64,000 bases of DNA from sequence record ON568341.1. One strand, given 5' to 3'. Shown piece by piece: positions 1-13,859 of the stretch. Numbering within the stretch: position 1 is the stretch's first letter; every line of letters begins with the position of its first letter. The notes under the pieces were generated by a model, which saw only the letters and a list, made by a program, of their open reading frames with translations, ran no database searches and was not told the origin of the DNA. The position numbers were made by a program, and so were the translations under genes.

Positions 1-90
1 CATATGTTTTGGATACCAGAAAACCCTGGTTTATATGCGAACTGGCATTTAGAAAAACAATCAAACAATGAATATAGAAAATTGCGTTAG
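1..90 (+). CDS. 3' end of a gene entering the window (hypothetical)
   Basis: Open frame 1 to TAG at 88-90. Confidence 0.4.
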   Translation, partial: HMFWIPENPGLYANWHLEKQSNNEYRKLR

Positions 91-165
91 TGTATCTAAA
101 GCACTTGCATAAATGATTAATTCATTATATAATGATTATCATTGGTTCTAAATGAGGATAATATT

Positions 166-438
166 ATGCATTTTGAAAAATTCAACACAAGTCGTGACAC
201 ACGCATTGATGTTCTTTATGAAACACAAGACTCAATTAGTATTCGTACACGTAGTGGTGATGTATATCATGACTGCACTATTGGTTGGAAACAGGGAAGA
301 ACACGTAGTGCAGAATTCGATAATTATCGCTTCTTCCAAGATGACACCACAATCTGGCCTGAAGATGTAGAAGATATTGCAATCGAAGATGAACATAAAG
401 ATGAATTTATCAAATTTAATCCCCAAACCGAATCATAA
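166..438 (+). CDS. hypothetical protein (90 aa)
   Basis: ORF track 142..438; start moved to ATG 166 after SD GAGG. Confidence 0.75.
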   Translation: MHFEKFNTSRDTRIDVLYETQDSISIRTRSGDVYHDCTIGWKQGRTRSAEFDNYRFFQDDTTIWPEDVEDIAIEDEHKDEFIKFNPQTES

Positions 439-442
439 ATAA

Positions 443-571
<129 letters not shown>

Positions 572-575
572 AATA

Positions 576-652
576 CGGGGTATAGCACAATTGGATAGTG
601 CAAGAGAATTCTAATCTCTAGGTTGGGGGTTCAAGTCCCTCTACCTCGGCCA
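576..652 (+). tRNA. tRNA-Arg(UCU)
   Basis: Acceptor CGGGGTA/TACCTCG, arm AGAGA-ATTCTAA-TCTCT, TTCAAGT T-loop, CCA. Confidence 0.95.
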
Positions 653-675
653 ATTTTAATTAAAGGTTAAAAACC

Positions 676-1431
<756 letters not shown>

Positions 1432-1479
1432 ATTCAGTACCAAGGAGATTAATATGTTTAAAGATGAACGTCCAGATTT

Positions 1480-1520
<41 letters not shown>

Positions 1521-1526
1521 GAATTC

Positions 1527-1860
1527 CACAATCAGACGTATATGGTGTAAGCTACGTCGATGCTATCCAGAACAAGATCTCTGGTACTCTAGGAAGTGGT
1601 GAATGTTAACCTAGACGGGTTTGATAATTGGACGATAGGCAATTATTACTTGACTAGCAGGTTGAAACTAGAGGTGACAGTCCTTCACCAAACTGGAAAA
1701 CCGGATGGACTTTTATTTAAAAGGGTAAGGCGTGGAAATATGTTTACAGTAGTTACTTTTAGTAGCCTGTACGCCCCACGTTAAGGTAGTCGAAAGGCAA
1801 GTTAAAACGGGTAGTTATAAAGCTGAATTAACAGCGGCGTTTAACAGCGTCACAAAATAT
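1527..1860 (+). ncRNA. candidate approx 330-nt structured non-coding RNA
   Basis: Directly after promoter; chain of hairpins GACGTA/TACGTC, CCAGA/TCTGG, TCTAGG/CCTAGA, ATAATTG/CAATTAT, GGTGA/TCACC, GGCGT/ACGCC, GTC-GAAA-GGC, GCTG/CAGC. Confidence 0.6.
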
Positions 1861-1886
1861 ACGCATGTTGAATGAGAGGACTAGCC

Positions 1887-2141
1887 ATGATGTTTACTCA
1901 GGAACGATTAAACGAGATTGAGCAAGAACTCTTGAAGATTCAACATGAATTACAAGCCGTTGTTCGTCCTGTTAATTCAGATAATAACGTTTTATCAAAG
2001 TACGCACAGATCAAGCTGTTGGTCATGCACATAATACTCGTATATGGGTATAAGTACTTAAAGGTTATTTGGTCAGTTAGTTCAGTTGGTAGAACGCTTC
2101 ACTTCATAATGAAGAACTTACAGGTTCAAATCCAGAACTGA
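1887..2141 (+). CDS. hypothetical protein; 3' part overlaps a tRNA-like gene
   Basis: SD GAGGA, ATG 1887; last 70 nt are the tRNA-like element so the extent is doubtful. Confidence 0.4.
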   Translation: MMFTQERLNEIEQELLKIQHELQAVVRPVNSDNNVLSKYAQIKLLVMHIILVYGYKYLKVIWSVSSVGRTLHFIMKNLQVQIQN

Positions 2142-2144
2142 CCA
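2071..2144 (+). tRNA. atypical tRNA with 8-nt anticodon loop CUUCAUAA (Met/Ile-derived, possibly pseudogene)
   Basis: Perfect acceptor GGTCAGT/ACTGACC, D arm GTTC-AGTTGGTA-GAAC, CTTCA/TGAAG stem, TTCAAAT T-loop with two A-A mismatches in T stem; ends ACAA. Confidence 0.75.
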
Positions 2145-2151
2145 CAAAAAA

Positions 2152-3849
<1,698 letters not shown>

Positions 3850-3883
3850 AATATTCTCCTGAATTTGCTAAAAGTTATAATAA

Positions 3884-3889
3884 TATTTA
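3884..3889 (-). promoter_or_regulatory. T4-like late promoter core TAAATA
   Basis: Same position relative to SD as in other leftward late genes. Confidence 0.5.
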
Positions 3890-4041
3890 GTTACAATATT
3901 TATGAAATAGATTAAAAATTTGAAATGTGTTCAAAAATATTATAATAAATTTATAAAAAAAAATAAATGATTTTTTTTGAAACGGTTCAAAAAAATGTGG
4001 TATAATATATATGTTGTTCACGGAAAGATTAAGCGGGGATG

Positions 4042-4107
4042 CATGAGTTTGCTTAACGGAGATGATTGCAAATCCGATGTTAGTGGGTTAGAATCCCACA
4101 CTCACTG
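4042..4107 (+). pseudogene. decayed tRNA-Cys(GCA)-like remnant
   Basis: TTGCAAA loop followed by TCCG, T-arm GTGGG-TTAGAAT-CCCAC, partial acceptor TGAGT/ACTCA; D arm missing. Confidence 0.4.
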
Positions 4108-4108
4108 T

Positions 4109-4206
<98 letters not shown>

Positions 4207-4207
4207 C

Positions 4208-4257
<50 letters not shown>

Positions 4258-4330
4258 CTTTTTAATTTAAAAGTACTTTACTGTAGTGTTTAGTACCGTA
4301 TAATGTAAACAAAAGGATAAAATAAAACTC

Positions 4331-4855
<525 letters not shown>

Positions 4856-4878
4856 TTAAAAAAATCAGTACTTTATTA

Positions 4879-5263
<385 letters not shown>

Positions 5264-5280
5264 TTCACATGATATAGGGA

Positions 5281-5542
<262 letters not shown>

Positions 5543-5550
5543 GAATTTAA

Positions 5551-5952
5551 ATGAAAAAGAATGACTTGATCAAAATGCTTCAAGAAATTGACGGCAATCC
5601 AGAGATTGTTATTTGGAATGGATACGTCGATGATTATATGAACATCGAAAAAGGCTTGACTAAAATCACTCTAGTCAAAGAAACCGAACAGTTTCTTCAG
5701 AGTGCATTAGAGCACGAATGGTGTGAACGTAACAATACATTCGACATTCCAGAAGACCAACGAACCAAGATTGCAGAACGTGCTAAAGAACTGCATAAGA
5801 AACGCGAATACGATTTCCAGAACCCATATGTCACTGAAGACGAATTCAATCGCTGGTACGGTAAAAAGAAATTGACAAAGTATGTCCTTTCACCTAAACT
5901 ACGTGGTAAGACTTCACTTGGTGTATTCAACGCCGCAGACTTAAACTACTAG
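5551..5952 (+). CDS. hypothetical protein
   Basis: ORF with SD AGGA; N-terminus similar to next gene (MKxxDLIKxLQ). Confidence 0.85.
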   Translation: MKKNDLIKMLQEIDGNPEIVIWNGYVDDYMNIEKGLTKITLVKETEQFLQSALEHEWCERNNTFDIPEDQRTKIAERAKELHKKREYDFQNPYVTEDEFNRWYGKKKLTKYVLSPKLRGKTSLGVFNAADLNY

Positions 5953-5961
5953 CGGGTATTA

Positions 5962-6508
<547 letters not shown>

Positions 6509-6510
6509 TA

Positions 6511-6753
<243 letters not shown>

Positions 6754-6774
6754 TATCTTACTTTTAAACAAACT

Positions 6775-6848
6775 GCCTCAATAGCAAAATTGGTAATGCA
6801 CACGATTTGTAATCGTGAGATTTTTCCGTTCGAGTCGGAATTGGGGCA
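6775..6848 (+). tRNA. tRNA-Thr(UGU)
   Basis: GCCTCAA/TTGGGGC, CACGA-TTTGTAA-TCGTG, TTCCG-TTCGAGT-CGGAA; ends ACAA. Confidence 0.92.
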
Positions 6849-6864
6849 CAAATAAAGGCACATT

Positions 6865-7290
6865 ATGAAATACAACATCGTTGAAATGGTGAACTATGTA
6901 TTAAAAAACAACGCATGGTCACTGCATGATGTACAATTAGAAGATATTGGTGAAGTTAGAGTATTTTGCTATGATCCAGAGTTGAATCAAACCACAGATT
7001 TGAGTAAATGTTTTAATATTTTTCTTGGTTATGAATTCAATAATCATTTTTATTCATTTGATGTGTATTTTGAAAAAGTTATATTCAGAAGTTATGAATG
7101 TGATAATGAAGATTATGATTATGATGACGAATCAATTGAATTGAATGTTAACGACATTGATACTGAAGAAAAATTCTTCCAGTACTGCCTCGTTAACAAC
7201 ACATTAGGATTGTCATTTAAGGACATTGAATCTATACTTAAAGTTCAAAAGTTGATTCCAGAAGAGGTACTAAATCCATTAAATGACTAG
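6865..7290 (+). CDS. hypothetical protein, EExxFQxS-motif family
   Basis: DTEEKFFQYCLVNN. Confidence 0.85.
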   Translation: MKYNIVEMVNYVLKNNAWSLHDVQLEDIGEVRVFCYDPELNQTTDLSKCFNIFLGYEFNNHFYSFDVYFEKVIFRSYECDNEDYDYDDESIELNVNDIDTEEKFFQYCLVNNTLGLSFKDIESILKVQKLIPEEVLNPLND

Positions 7291-7648
7291 TCTAATAGTA
7301 CGTATAATGCAAGATGTTTGTAATAACCTTTATACAGGTAATTTTGACGATCCGAACATAAAAATATTATGTTATGATGGTTTTACAATGGTACATCCAG
7401 CCTATTCAAATAATATCTACGTAGCATATACAGGTGAAAATCTATTGTATCAATTTGATATATATAGTACAATGACAAAGATAATTTTGGATGCATCTAA
7501 ACCAGCAATTATTATTGCTTCTCATGATTATCATTACACTGAAGAATCACTATTTCAGTACTCAATGATTAATGACATTGGTGGGTTGACATTGGATGAG
7601 GTTAATGCTATACTAGCTGTCTCACGTTTGGTTAAAACTCACAATTAG
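7283..7648 (+). CDS. hypothetical protein, EExxFQxS-motif family
   Basis: YTEESLFQYSMIND. Confidence 0.85.
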   Translation: MTSLIVRIMQDVCNNLYTGNFDDPNIKILCYDGFTMVHPAYSNNIYVAYTGENLLYQFDIYSTMTKIILDASKPAIIIASHDYHYTEESLFQYSMINDIGGLTLDEVNAILAVSRLVKTHN

Positions 7649-7657
7649 GAGATTCAT

Positions 7658-7849
7658 ATGTTCTGGAATTTATTATGCTTGTTTGGTCGCACATTAGTTC
7701 TTGCAATTATTCATACACCTGGCATTCGTAATTATGTTTCTTATGAATTTAAGAAAGATTATCACAACGGTACTGAAGCACGTGCTACTAAAATGTGCAA
7801 AGACTTCAATGTATCAGTACCACCATTTAAGAAATACGAGGATGAATAA
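7658..7849 (+). CDS. hypothetical protein
   Basis: SD AGGAG; hydrophobic N-terminus. Confidence 0.75.
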   Translation: MFWNLLCLFGRTLVLAIIHTPGIRNYVSYEFKKDYHNGTEARATKMCKDFNVSVPPFKKYEDE

Positions 7850-8133
7850 TGGAATTCATTGTTGCCCCTGATGATATTAAAACATTTACGTTCAGAGATA
7901 ATAATAATTATCCTTATACAAATCATTCATTGAATTCATTACATGTTATTTCAATCATTGCATCTGAATACAGAGAAAATCCCTGTATTGATTTTAAAAC
8001 CACTGATGGTGAATATACATGGGTAATCCCAAAAGATAAATATAGTTATCAAGGGGCAGTAGAAATTCGCGACTTGATTCTAAAACAAATCGAAGATGGA
8101 AATACTCATCCTAAACTAAACACTCAGTACTGA
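7849..8133 (+). CDS. hypothetical protein
   Basis: Overlapping stop-start. Confidence 0.8.
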   Translation: MEFIVAPDDIKTFTFRDNNNYPYTNHSLNSLHVISIIASEYRENPCIDFKTTDGEYTWVIPKDKYSYQGAVEIRDLILKQIEDGNTHPKLNTQY

Positions 8134-8358
8134 AAATGTTCCCTCTGATAGCTTTTAATCAGTACTGATTTTCTCCTTATGTGTAGAAGCTATCACCATT
8201 ACAATGATATTATTATCAATTCATTATATTCTTTACCCTCCTAACAGTATCTAGATAAATTTATATTAGATACTGTGATTTTAGAAGTTGCATTTTAACT
8301 TCTTTCCTGTTATACTTAAGGCTGATTCATGTTCGAATCGGCCTTTTTTCTTATATAG

Positions 8359-8784
8359 GTGAATACAATGAATGATTTGTTTACTTTGATCGATAAGTAT
8401 GTTGACATTGTATACCATCAAGTTGGTAGTGATACGTTTGAAACAAAAAACCCAATTAGAGATGGCAATTTTGATGTTGTCGTTGGTTCATTTTTGAATG
8501 GATACACCGAGACATTATACAATAGTAATAATATTTTTATTTCAGTTCAATCCAGACATACATCAGACTATTCTGTTAGCATTGATATTTGGGAAAATAA
8601 TATAGAAATAGATATAACGGAATCTACTAATATTTGTGTTGATGATTCATTTAATCAATTAACTGAGGAAATGTACTTGCAGTTGAATTTTGTACATGAT
8701 CTTACAAATATCAGTTATAAAACATTAAGGAAAATATGTTTTCTTAGTGGGGTGATACGTAGTAATATGAATAAGGATGATTAG
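8359..8784 (+). CDS. hypothetical protein, EExxFQxS-motif family
   Basis: LTEEMYLQLNFVHD; promoter TTGCAT-17-TATACT upstream. Confidence 0.8.
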   Translation: MNTMNDLFTLIDKYVDIVYHQVGSDTFETKNPIRDGNFDVVVGSFLNGYTETLYNSNNIFISVQSRHTSDYSVSIDIWENNIEIDITESTNICVDDSFNQLTEEMYLQLNFVHDLTNISYKTLRKICFLSGVIRSNMNKDD

Positions 8785-9205
8785 AGAAATGATAAAAATT
8801 CCACCTGATTCACTAACACATCTTATTGAATGTGGTGTAAAATTTTGCGAAGGAGATATCTCATCTTATACATCAGTTGATGAACCTTATAAATTTTTAT
8901 ATCAATCTTATAAAAATAATTCTAAAGTTTCTTGTAGAGAGGCTGACAACATATTAATTGATGTTTCGTTACATAATGTACCTAAATTTTATATTGATAT
9001 CTTTGGTGATTCTTTAACAATTCGAACATATGATTATTTTATTAATAAAGATCTCTTGAATCTTTCAATCGATCATGATACTATAGATTCAGAACTTTTC
9101 TTTCAACTATCAACGGTTTCTGATTTACAGGGTTTAACTGTTGAACAGTTGAATGGTCTGTTTGAGATTTCAAGAAACATACGAAGTAGGAACACAAATG
9201 TCTAA
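8777..9205 (+). CDS. hypothetical protein, EExxFQxS-motif family
   Basis: IDSELFFQLSTVSD. Confidence 0.85.
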   Translation: MIREMIKIPPDSLTHLIECGVKFCEGDISSYTSVDEPYKFLYQSYKNNSKVSCREADNILIDVSLHNVPKFYIDIFGDSLTIRTYDYFINKDLLNLSIDHDTIDSELFFQLSTVSDLQGLTVEQLNGLFEISRNIRSRNTNV

Positions 9206-9614
9206 TATTTTAAATGAAAAAACAGTTGATGTTGTCATTGATGTACTTGAGAACAGTAATACATTTGAGAAAAAATACAGAACAGTATACTTTGGTGAAT
9301 ATTGTTGGCTAAATTATACTTCAGAAAATTTATTTATAATTCGTGTTGAAACGGATGATATTGGATTAACTATACATAATGCACTTAATAAAAGTGGTAA
9401 GAAAATAACTATTATTTTGGATAAATCAAGTACATCTTCTTTCTGTGATAGAATTGATGATTGTGAACACTTCACGTCAACATTTTATGATACCGAAGAA
9501 GAACATTTTATGGCTAGTACTGTTAAAGAATTACCTATTCCATTCAAATTGATGAAAGCGACAAGGGATTTTATCTTAAAATATAAAAAATCAGGAGTTT
9601 ATAATGACATTTAA
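9198..9614 (+). CDS. hypothetical protein, EExxFQxS-motif family
   Basis: DTEEEHFMASTVKE; start moved to ATG 9198. Confidence 0.85.
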   Translation: MSNILNEKTVDVVIDVLENSNTFEKKYRTVYFGEYCWLNYTSENLFIIRVETDDIGLTIHNALNKSGKKITIILDKSSTSSFCDRIDDCEHFTSTFYDTEEEHFMASTVKELPIPFKLMKATRDFILKYKKSGVYNDI

Positions 9615-10053
9615 TGGTAATGTTTCTAAAGTTGGTTTAGTTTTTGAAAATTGTGAATTTGTTGAGATTGATGTAGAGAATGTTTTATGGATGCATATTG
9701 CTGATGAAAAGACACTTTGTAGTCGTTTTTCAAATGGACTGACAATTAATACTGGTATCGGTGAGTTTGGTATTGCATTACGTAGCAATACACCATCTGA
9801 TTTCATGGACAACTCTACATTATTGGAACGTTTGAAAATGCGTGACGTGACACACGTTTATCTTTATGATACTAACGGTGTTATTCAACGTTATGTAGTT
9901 GAATGGGCTGATTACAACCTTAATGGTCAATATTCCATCAACCAGCGTGTTCAACTGACACCTGGTGGTAATATTGTGTTTGTTAGTTCAACTGGTAAAT
10001 TAATCAGTGTAGATGATAAAAATATTGATCTGTTCACTTCATACAATCAATAA
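9604..10053 (+). CDS. hypothetical protein
   Basis: SD AGGAG. Confidence 0.85.
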   Translation: MTFNGNVSKVGLVFENCEFVEIDVENVLWMHIADEKTLCSRFSNGLTINTGIGEFGIALRSNTPSDFMDNSTLLERLKMRDVTHVYLYDTNGVIQRYVVEWADYNLNGQYSINQRVQLTPGGNIVFVSSTGKLISVDDKNIDLFTSYNQ

Positions 10054-10086
10054 GATGTTATTCTTCATTTAGGTTGAGGGTAAAAG

Positions 10087-10449
10087 ATGAGCTTTATAAC
10101 ATTTACGATTATTTGTTGCATCACTATTGTACTTTGTCGTCTAATTCATGCATACTCATATCACAAAGCGTTACGAATTGAGCAAGAGACTTATATTGAA
10201 AACCAACCAAAGAAAAAACCACCATCACCTTATGGATTAAAGCGTGAGATGCACTCTCAAAGTAAAGAGTGGGGGTATGCAATCACAAAACATGGTTACA
10301 TTTATACAGCAAGTAATGGTTATTTTCAAATTCATCACAAGTTAGATGTAGCTGTTAAGATTTTGTGGGAGATGGAGGATATTGGTGGTTATGAGCGTAC
10401 TAAGTTTGAATTCATATCAAATGATACAGGAACTTCACCAGAATCATGA
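10087..10449 (+). CDS. hypothetical single-TM protein
   Basis: N-terminal hydrophobic segment, SD GAGG. Confidence 0.8.
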   Translation: MSFITFTIICCITIVLCRLIHAYSYHKALRIEQETYIENQPKKKPPSPYGLKREMHSQSKEWGYAITKHGYIYTASNGYFQIHHKLDVAVKILWEMEDIGGYERTKFEFISNDTGTSPES

Positions 10450-10594
10450 TATAATTATTGATATTAATAAGAAGGAAGTTGTGATGAAAAAGGAAGTATA
10501 CCGTATGTTAGAAGACTTCCATTTAAAAGCATTTATAATGAAGTTCTGTACAGATGAACATCTTACGGGACGAGTAATACGTAAGGAGTTGTAA

Positions 10595-10936
10595 ATGAAC
10601 TTAAGTTCAACAATTCAGTTCTTGAGCAATAATTTCGAGAAAATTATTTCTCGCGGTGGAATGATTGTACATCCAGACACAGATGAAATGTACATCATTG
10701 GATTTGATAAAAATTCTTATGATCAAGTACTTGTAATTTCAAAGTTAGAACGTTATAATGAAGTGGTTCAGTTTTGTTGTACCGAATTTGGTATATACAT
10801 CAAAGACGCTGAAACAAATACCATTTCACATTATTTTTACCATACGCTGATGGGTACTAAAGACTTTGGATTGAAGTTTGATGATTTAGTGCAATGTCAT
10901 TATATGTTTAAAACCTTTCCTGCTAGTGGATACTAA
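10595..10936 (+). CDS. hypothetical protein
   Basis: SD AAGGAG. Confidence 0.8.
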   Translation: MNLSSTIQFLSNNFEKIISRGGMIVHPDTDEMYIIGFDKNSYDQVLVISKLERYNEVVQFCCTEFGIYIKDAETNTISHYFYHTLMGTKDFGLKFDDLVQCHYMFKTFPASGY

Positions 10937-10949
10937 GGAGTATTTCAAT

Positions 10950-11735
10950 ATGAACAACATTTTCTTCAAAACTATTTCTTTCAAAAAATCATCTTATTCT
11001 TACGCATATGTTGATGGTAAAGTACTCAATATTGTTCTTGATGGGGTTGATGTACCAGTCCAATTCAATTCACATGAAGAAGCAATTGATGGAGCAAAAG
11101 AATTGAATTCCATTCTTAATGGGGAAGTAAGTCTAAAACAAAATGTAAAATCTGATTTAGATGTACTTTTGGAAAAAATTAAAAGTGGGGAAGTTCTAGA
11201 AATTTTGGAAAATTGCAATGAAAAGTTATCTAATGTAGTAAATAATGTCCGTGAACATATTCAAGAAAAAGCACTAGACCAAGCATTCAAACATGTATCA
11301 AAGAAAGCTGAATCACGCATCGATAGTATGGTTAAAAATATTGATGATGTTCTATCCCATCTCTTTACTAAAGAATATGAACACGAAACCGAAGAACCAA
11401 AAGAAGAAGTCAAAAAAGAAAAACGTAGTTTTGGTTCAGGTGATGATGTGTTTGGTTTCACTAATGTACGAACAAGTTCAGATGAACCAAAGGAAATCAG
11501 TGAAATGCTTATTGGTGATATGACAACTACACAACTTCGTAAAGAAATTGATAAGTTTGTAACCACTTCGGTTCAATCAGAACGTGCACAAAATATGTTT
11601 AAAAGTATTAGTGATAATTTTGGACCAGAAGCAACTGAACAAGCACTAACTGCATTTAAAGAATTGATTTATAATGTAGCTATTCGTAATCCAGAAAAAA
11701 CGCTTGAAGAAGTACTGCGTGATAATTTCAAATAA
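10950..11735 (+). CDS. hypothetical charged helical protein
   Basis: SD AAGGAG; start moved to ATG 10950. Confidence 0.85.
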   Translation: MNNIFFKTISFKKSSYSYAYVDGKVLNIVLDGVDVPVQFNSHEEAIDGAKELNSILNGEVSLKQNVKSDLDVLLEKIKSGEVLEILENCNEKLSNVVNNVREHIQEKALDQAFKHVSKKAESRIDSMVKNIDDVLSHLFTKEYEHETEEPKEEVKKEKRSFGSGDDVFGFTNVRTSSDEPKEISEMLIGDMTTTQLRKEIDKFVTTSVQSERAQNMFKSISDNFGPEATEQALTAFKELIYNVAIRNPEKTLEEVLRDNFK

Positions 11736-11747
11736 TTAGATAAAATT

Positions 11748-11775
11748 AAAGCCACTACAATGTAGTGGCTTTTTT
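11748..11775. terminator. bidirectional intrinsic terminator
   Basis: AAAGCCACTACA-A-TGTAGTGGCTTTTT between convergent genes. Confidence 0.85.
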
Positions 11776-11776
11776 A

Positions 11777-12931
11777 TTATTCGTTATAGCCAACAATAAC
11801 TACTGAGCAGTCAAGTGGTTCACCAACTTTTACAATTACGTTATCATCTTCATCAACTTGTAAATCACTATGAATTACCTGTTTATCAGAAGAATACAAT
11901 TGAACTTGTGGAAGTGCTTTACCATGTTCAGTTGCAGGAATGGATAGAGAATACATTGAGTCTTCATCATGTTTCCAATCACTTAACGCATATTCCTTGT
12001 GGAACGGTGTAGTATGTAGAGTTTTACCCATAATACGTAAAGATATAGGAGAATTATCAGTTTGTTGTACTGTAATATTACCTTTATCATCAACTGACAT
12101 ATCAACGCCTATTTGATGGGAATCCCCATTATATGTTTGGAGAACCAATTTATGTCCACGTTTATGAACATCATATGGTACTACAGCAGAGAATGCACCA
12201 TCAGGTGATGGTTGAAAATCTGACAAGTGAACAGGTGTAACAAAATCTACATCTTCACCATGTTCCTGAACATCAAACTCAACAACTTTAGTATTATAAT
12301 ATGGAGAAGTTAGGGTAGCAGTACCTTTTCCTTTTTGTGTAATTGCATCAACTTGGATTGTAAATGTATCACCAGCAAATTGAGTAGTAGTGTATTCTGT
12401 TCCTTCAGGTAAAACAATTTTGATTTCCATTGAATTGGTATCAATTTCGGAACCAGCATTGAATAACTTACCACTAATTGATTTGTCACCAACAAATACA
12501 GGTGAAATAATAATATTATCTATATCACGATCAATAATACTACATTCAGGTGTGTACATATTGTAAAGAGTTTTTGAACTTCCTAATATTGTTTTATGTA
12601 ATAGGAATTTATATACAAAGCCAGTATCAGCCTCTTGATGGTCATCCGAATGTCCACGAACAAAGAAACTATTTTTATTAATTTCACTTAATAGTTCGTC
12701 AGTTGATTTACTATAATTTAATAGATAACCTTTATTATCTTTTGTTGTTAATTGGACTTTACGATAGATTATATTAGTTCTAGGATCAACTAAATCATAT
12801 AATTTATGACTTCTCTGACGATAGATTCTAATATTTTTTAGTTTAGATCCGTCATTAAGAATCGCACCATCAACGATATAACCACATTCACCAAACTTAT
12901 ATCTTCCAGCCGCTGCAATTGATCTTGACAT
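11777..12931 (-). CDS. putative late/virion protein with repeated beta-rich C-terminal domains
   Basis: SD GGAGG, TAAATA at 12963-12968 on minus strand; two similar internal units (H..G...VQ.Y.......I..D..VD...N..V). Confidence 0.7.
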   Translation of the reverse strand: MSRSIAAAGRYKFGECGYIVDGAILNDGSKLKNIRIYRQRSHKLYDLVDPRTNIIYRKVQLTTKDNKGYLLNYSKSTDELLSEINKNSFFVRGHSDDHQEADTGFVYKFLLHKTILGSSKTLYNMYTPECSIIDRDIDNIIISPVFVGDKSISGKLFNAGSEIDTNSMEIKIVLPEGTEYTTTQFAGDTFTIQVDAITQKGKGTATLTSPYYNTKVVEFDVQEHGEDVDFVTPVHLSDFQPSPDGAFSAVVPYDVHKRGHKLVLQTYNGDSHQIGVDMSVDDKGNITVQQTDNSPISLRIMGKTLHTTPFHKEYALSDWKHDEDSMYSLSIPATEHGKALPQVQLYSSDKQVIHSDLQVDEDDNVIVKVGEPLDCSVVIVGYNE

Positions 12932-13047
12932 TTATTCCTCCATTGATATAATTATTATAGCGTATTTATTAGGTATATCAAAAAAGTGCTTGACTGGTGC
13001 ATAACAAAGTGCTACTATATAGTGAATGAATAAATGAGGCGTTTTTT

Positions 13048-13632
13048 ATGAATGTTATTGACGATAGATTAGTACTGAAAAATGGAAAAATGACAGTTAA
13101 GTTATACAAAGACGAAGCTGATTCATTTATGGCAAAAGCTATTGAGAAATCAGAGCGATATAAACTACTAGCACCTGCAAGTAGATCACCCTACGGTTTT
13201 AATCATGCACATAGTCATTTTGTTGGTATGGTGTGTGAACATGCATCTTTAGTACTTTTTAATGAAATAGAAAATAATACCGGTATTAAACTTAACATCG
13301 ATGCAGCATTTCAGAATGAAGCACGTGATGGTGAATGTGATATTAAAGTAAACAATCTTCGCATAGAAGTTAAAGGTATTAAGTATAAATCTTGGACGGA
13401 CTTTGGACCATGTGTTAGTACTCGACAACTAAAAAATATTCAGAAAAAAGCTGACGTGATTCTATGGGTGTTGTATAATGAGAAAAAACAAGAGTTCACA
13501 TTTGAAGGATTTAACTATGTAAAAGATATTAGTTCTATCCCTGTTATTCTTACTGGTGTTCCTGGGCGACCAATGATTGAAAATCACCCAGTGCTAAGTA
13601 TTATGAAACCACTACAGGAGTTACCATTATGA
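13048..13632 (+). CDS. hypothetical protein, possible PD-(D/E)XK nuclease fold
   Basis: GECDIKVNNLRIEVKG resembles D..E-x-K catalytic motif; promoter TTGACT-17-TACTAT. Confidence 0.5.
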   Translation: MNVIDDRLVLKNGKMTVKLYKDEADSFMAKAIEKSERYKLLAPASRSPYGFNHAHSHFVGMVCEHASLVLFNEIENNTGIKLNIDAAFQNEARDGECDIKVNNLRIEVKGIKYKSWTDFGPCVSTRQLKNIQKKADVILWVLYNEKKQEFTFEGFNYVKDISSIPVILTGVPGRPMIENHPVLSIMKPLQELPL

Positions 13633-13856
13633 TTACTGCAACTGTATATCAGGATATTAATGAAGAATTTAATTCTAAAATTGCTTTTTTGTCATTTCCA
13701 GTACTACCCGAAATTGGTTCATCTTTAAATTTAAAAATTTGTGGGTTTGAAAAATATTATGAAGTAATAGATATTGAGTACTGTGCTGATGTTTATTCAT
13801 GTAATAGTGAATTTGCCATTCCGGTATCAATCGATATTATCGTAAAAGAGGTTTAA
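13629..13856 (+). CDS. hypothetical protein
   Basis: ATGA overlap, SD GGAG. Confidence 0.75.
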   Translation: MITATVYQDINEEFNSKIAFLSFPVLPEIGSSLNLKICGFEKYYEVIDIEYCADVYSCNSEFAIPVSIDIIVKEV

Positions 13857-13859
13857 AAT

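Noticed and set aside
1596-1784. 62-aa ORF from the track
   Set aside because: GTG start without a convincing SD, lies inside the hairpin-rich candidate ncRNA, and the translation has no protein-like pattern.
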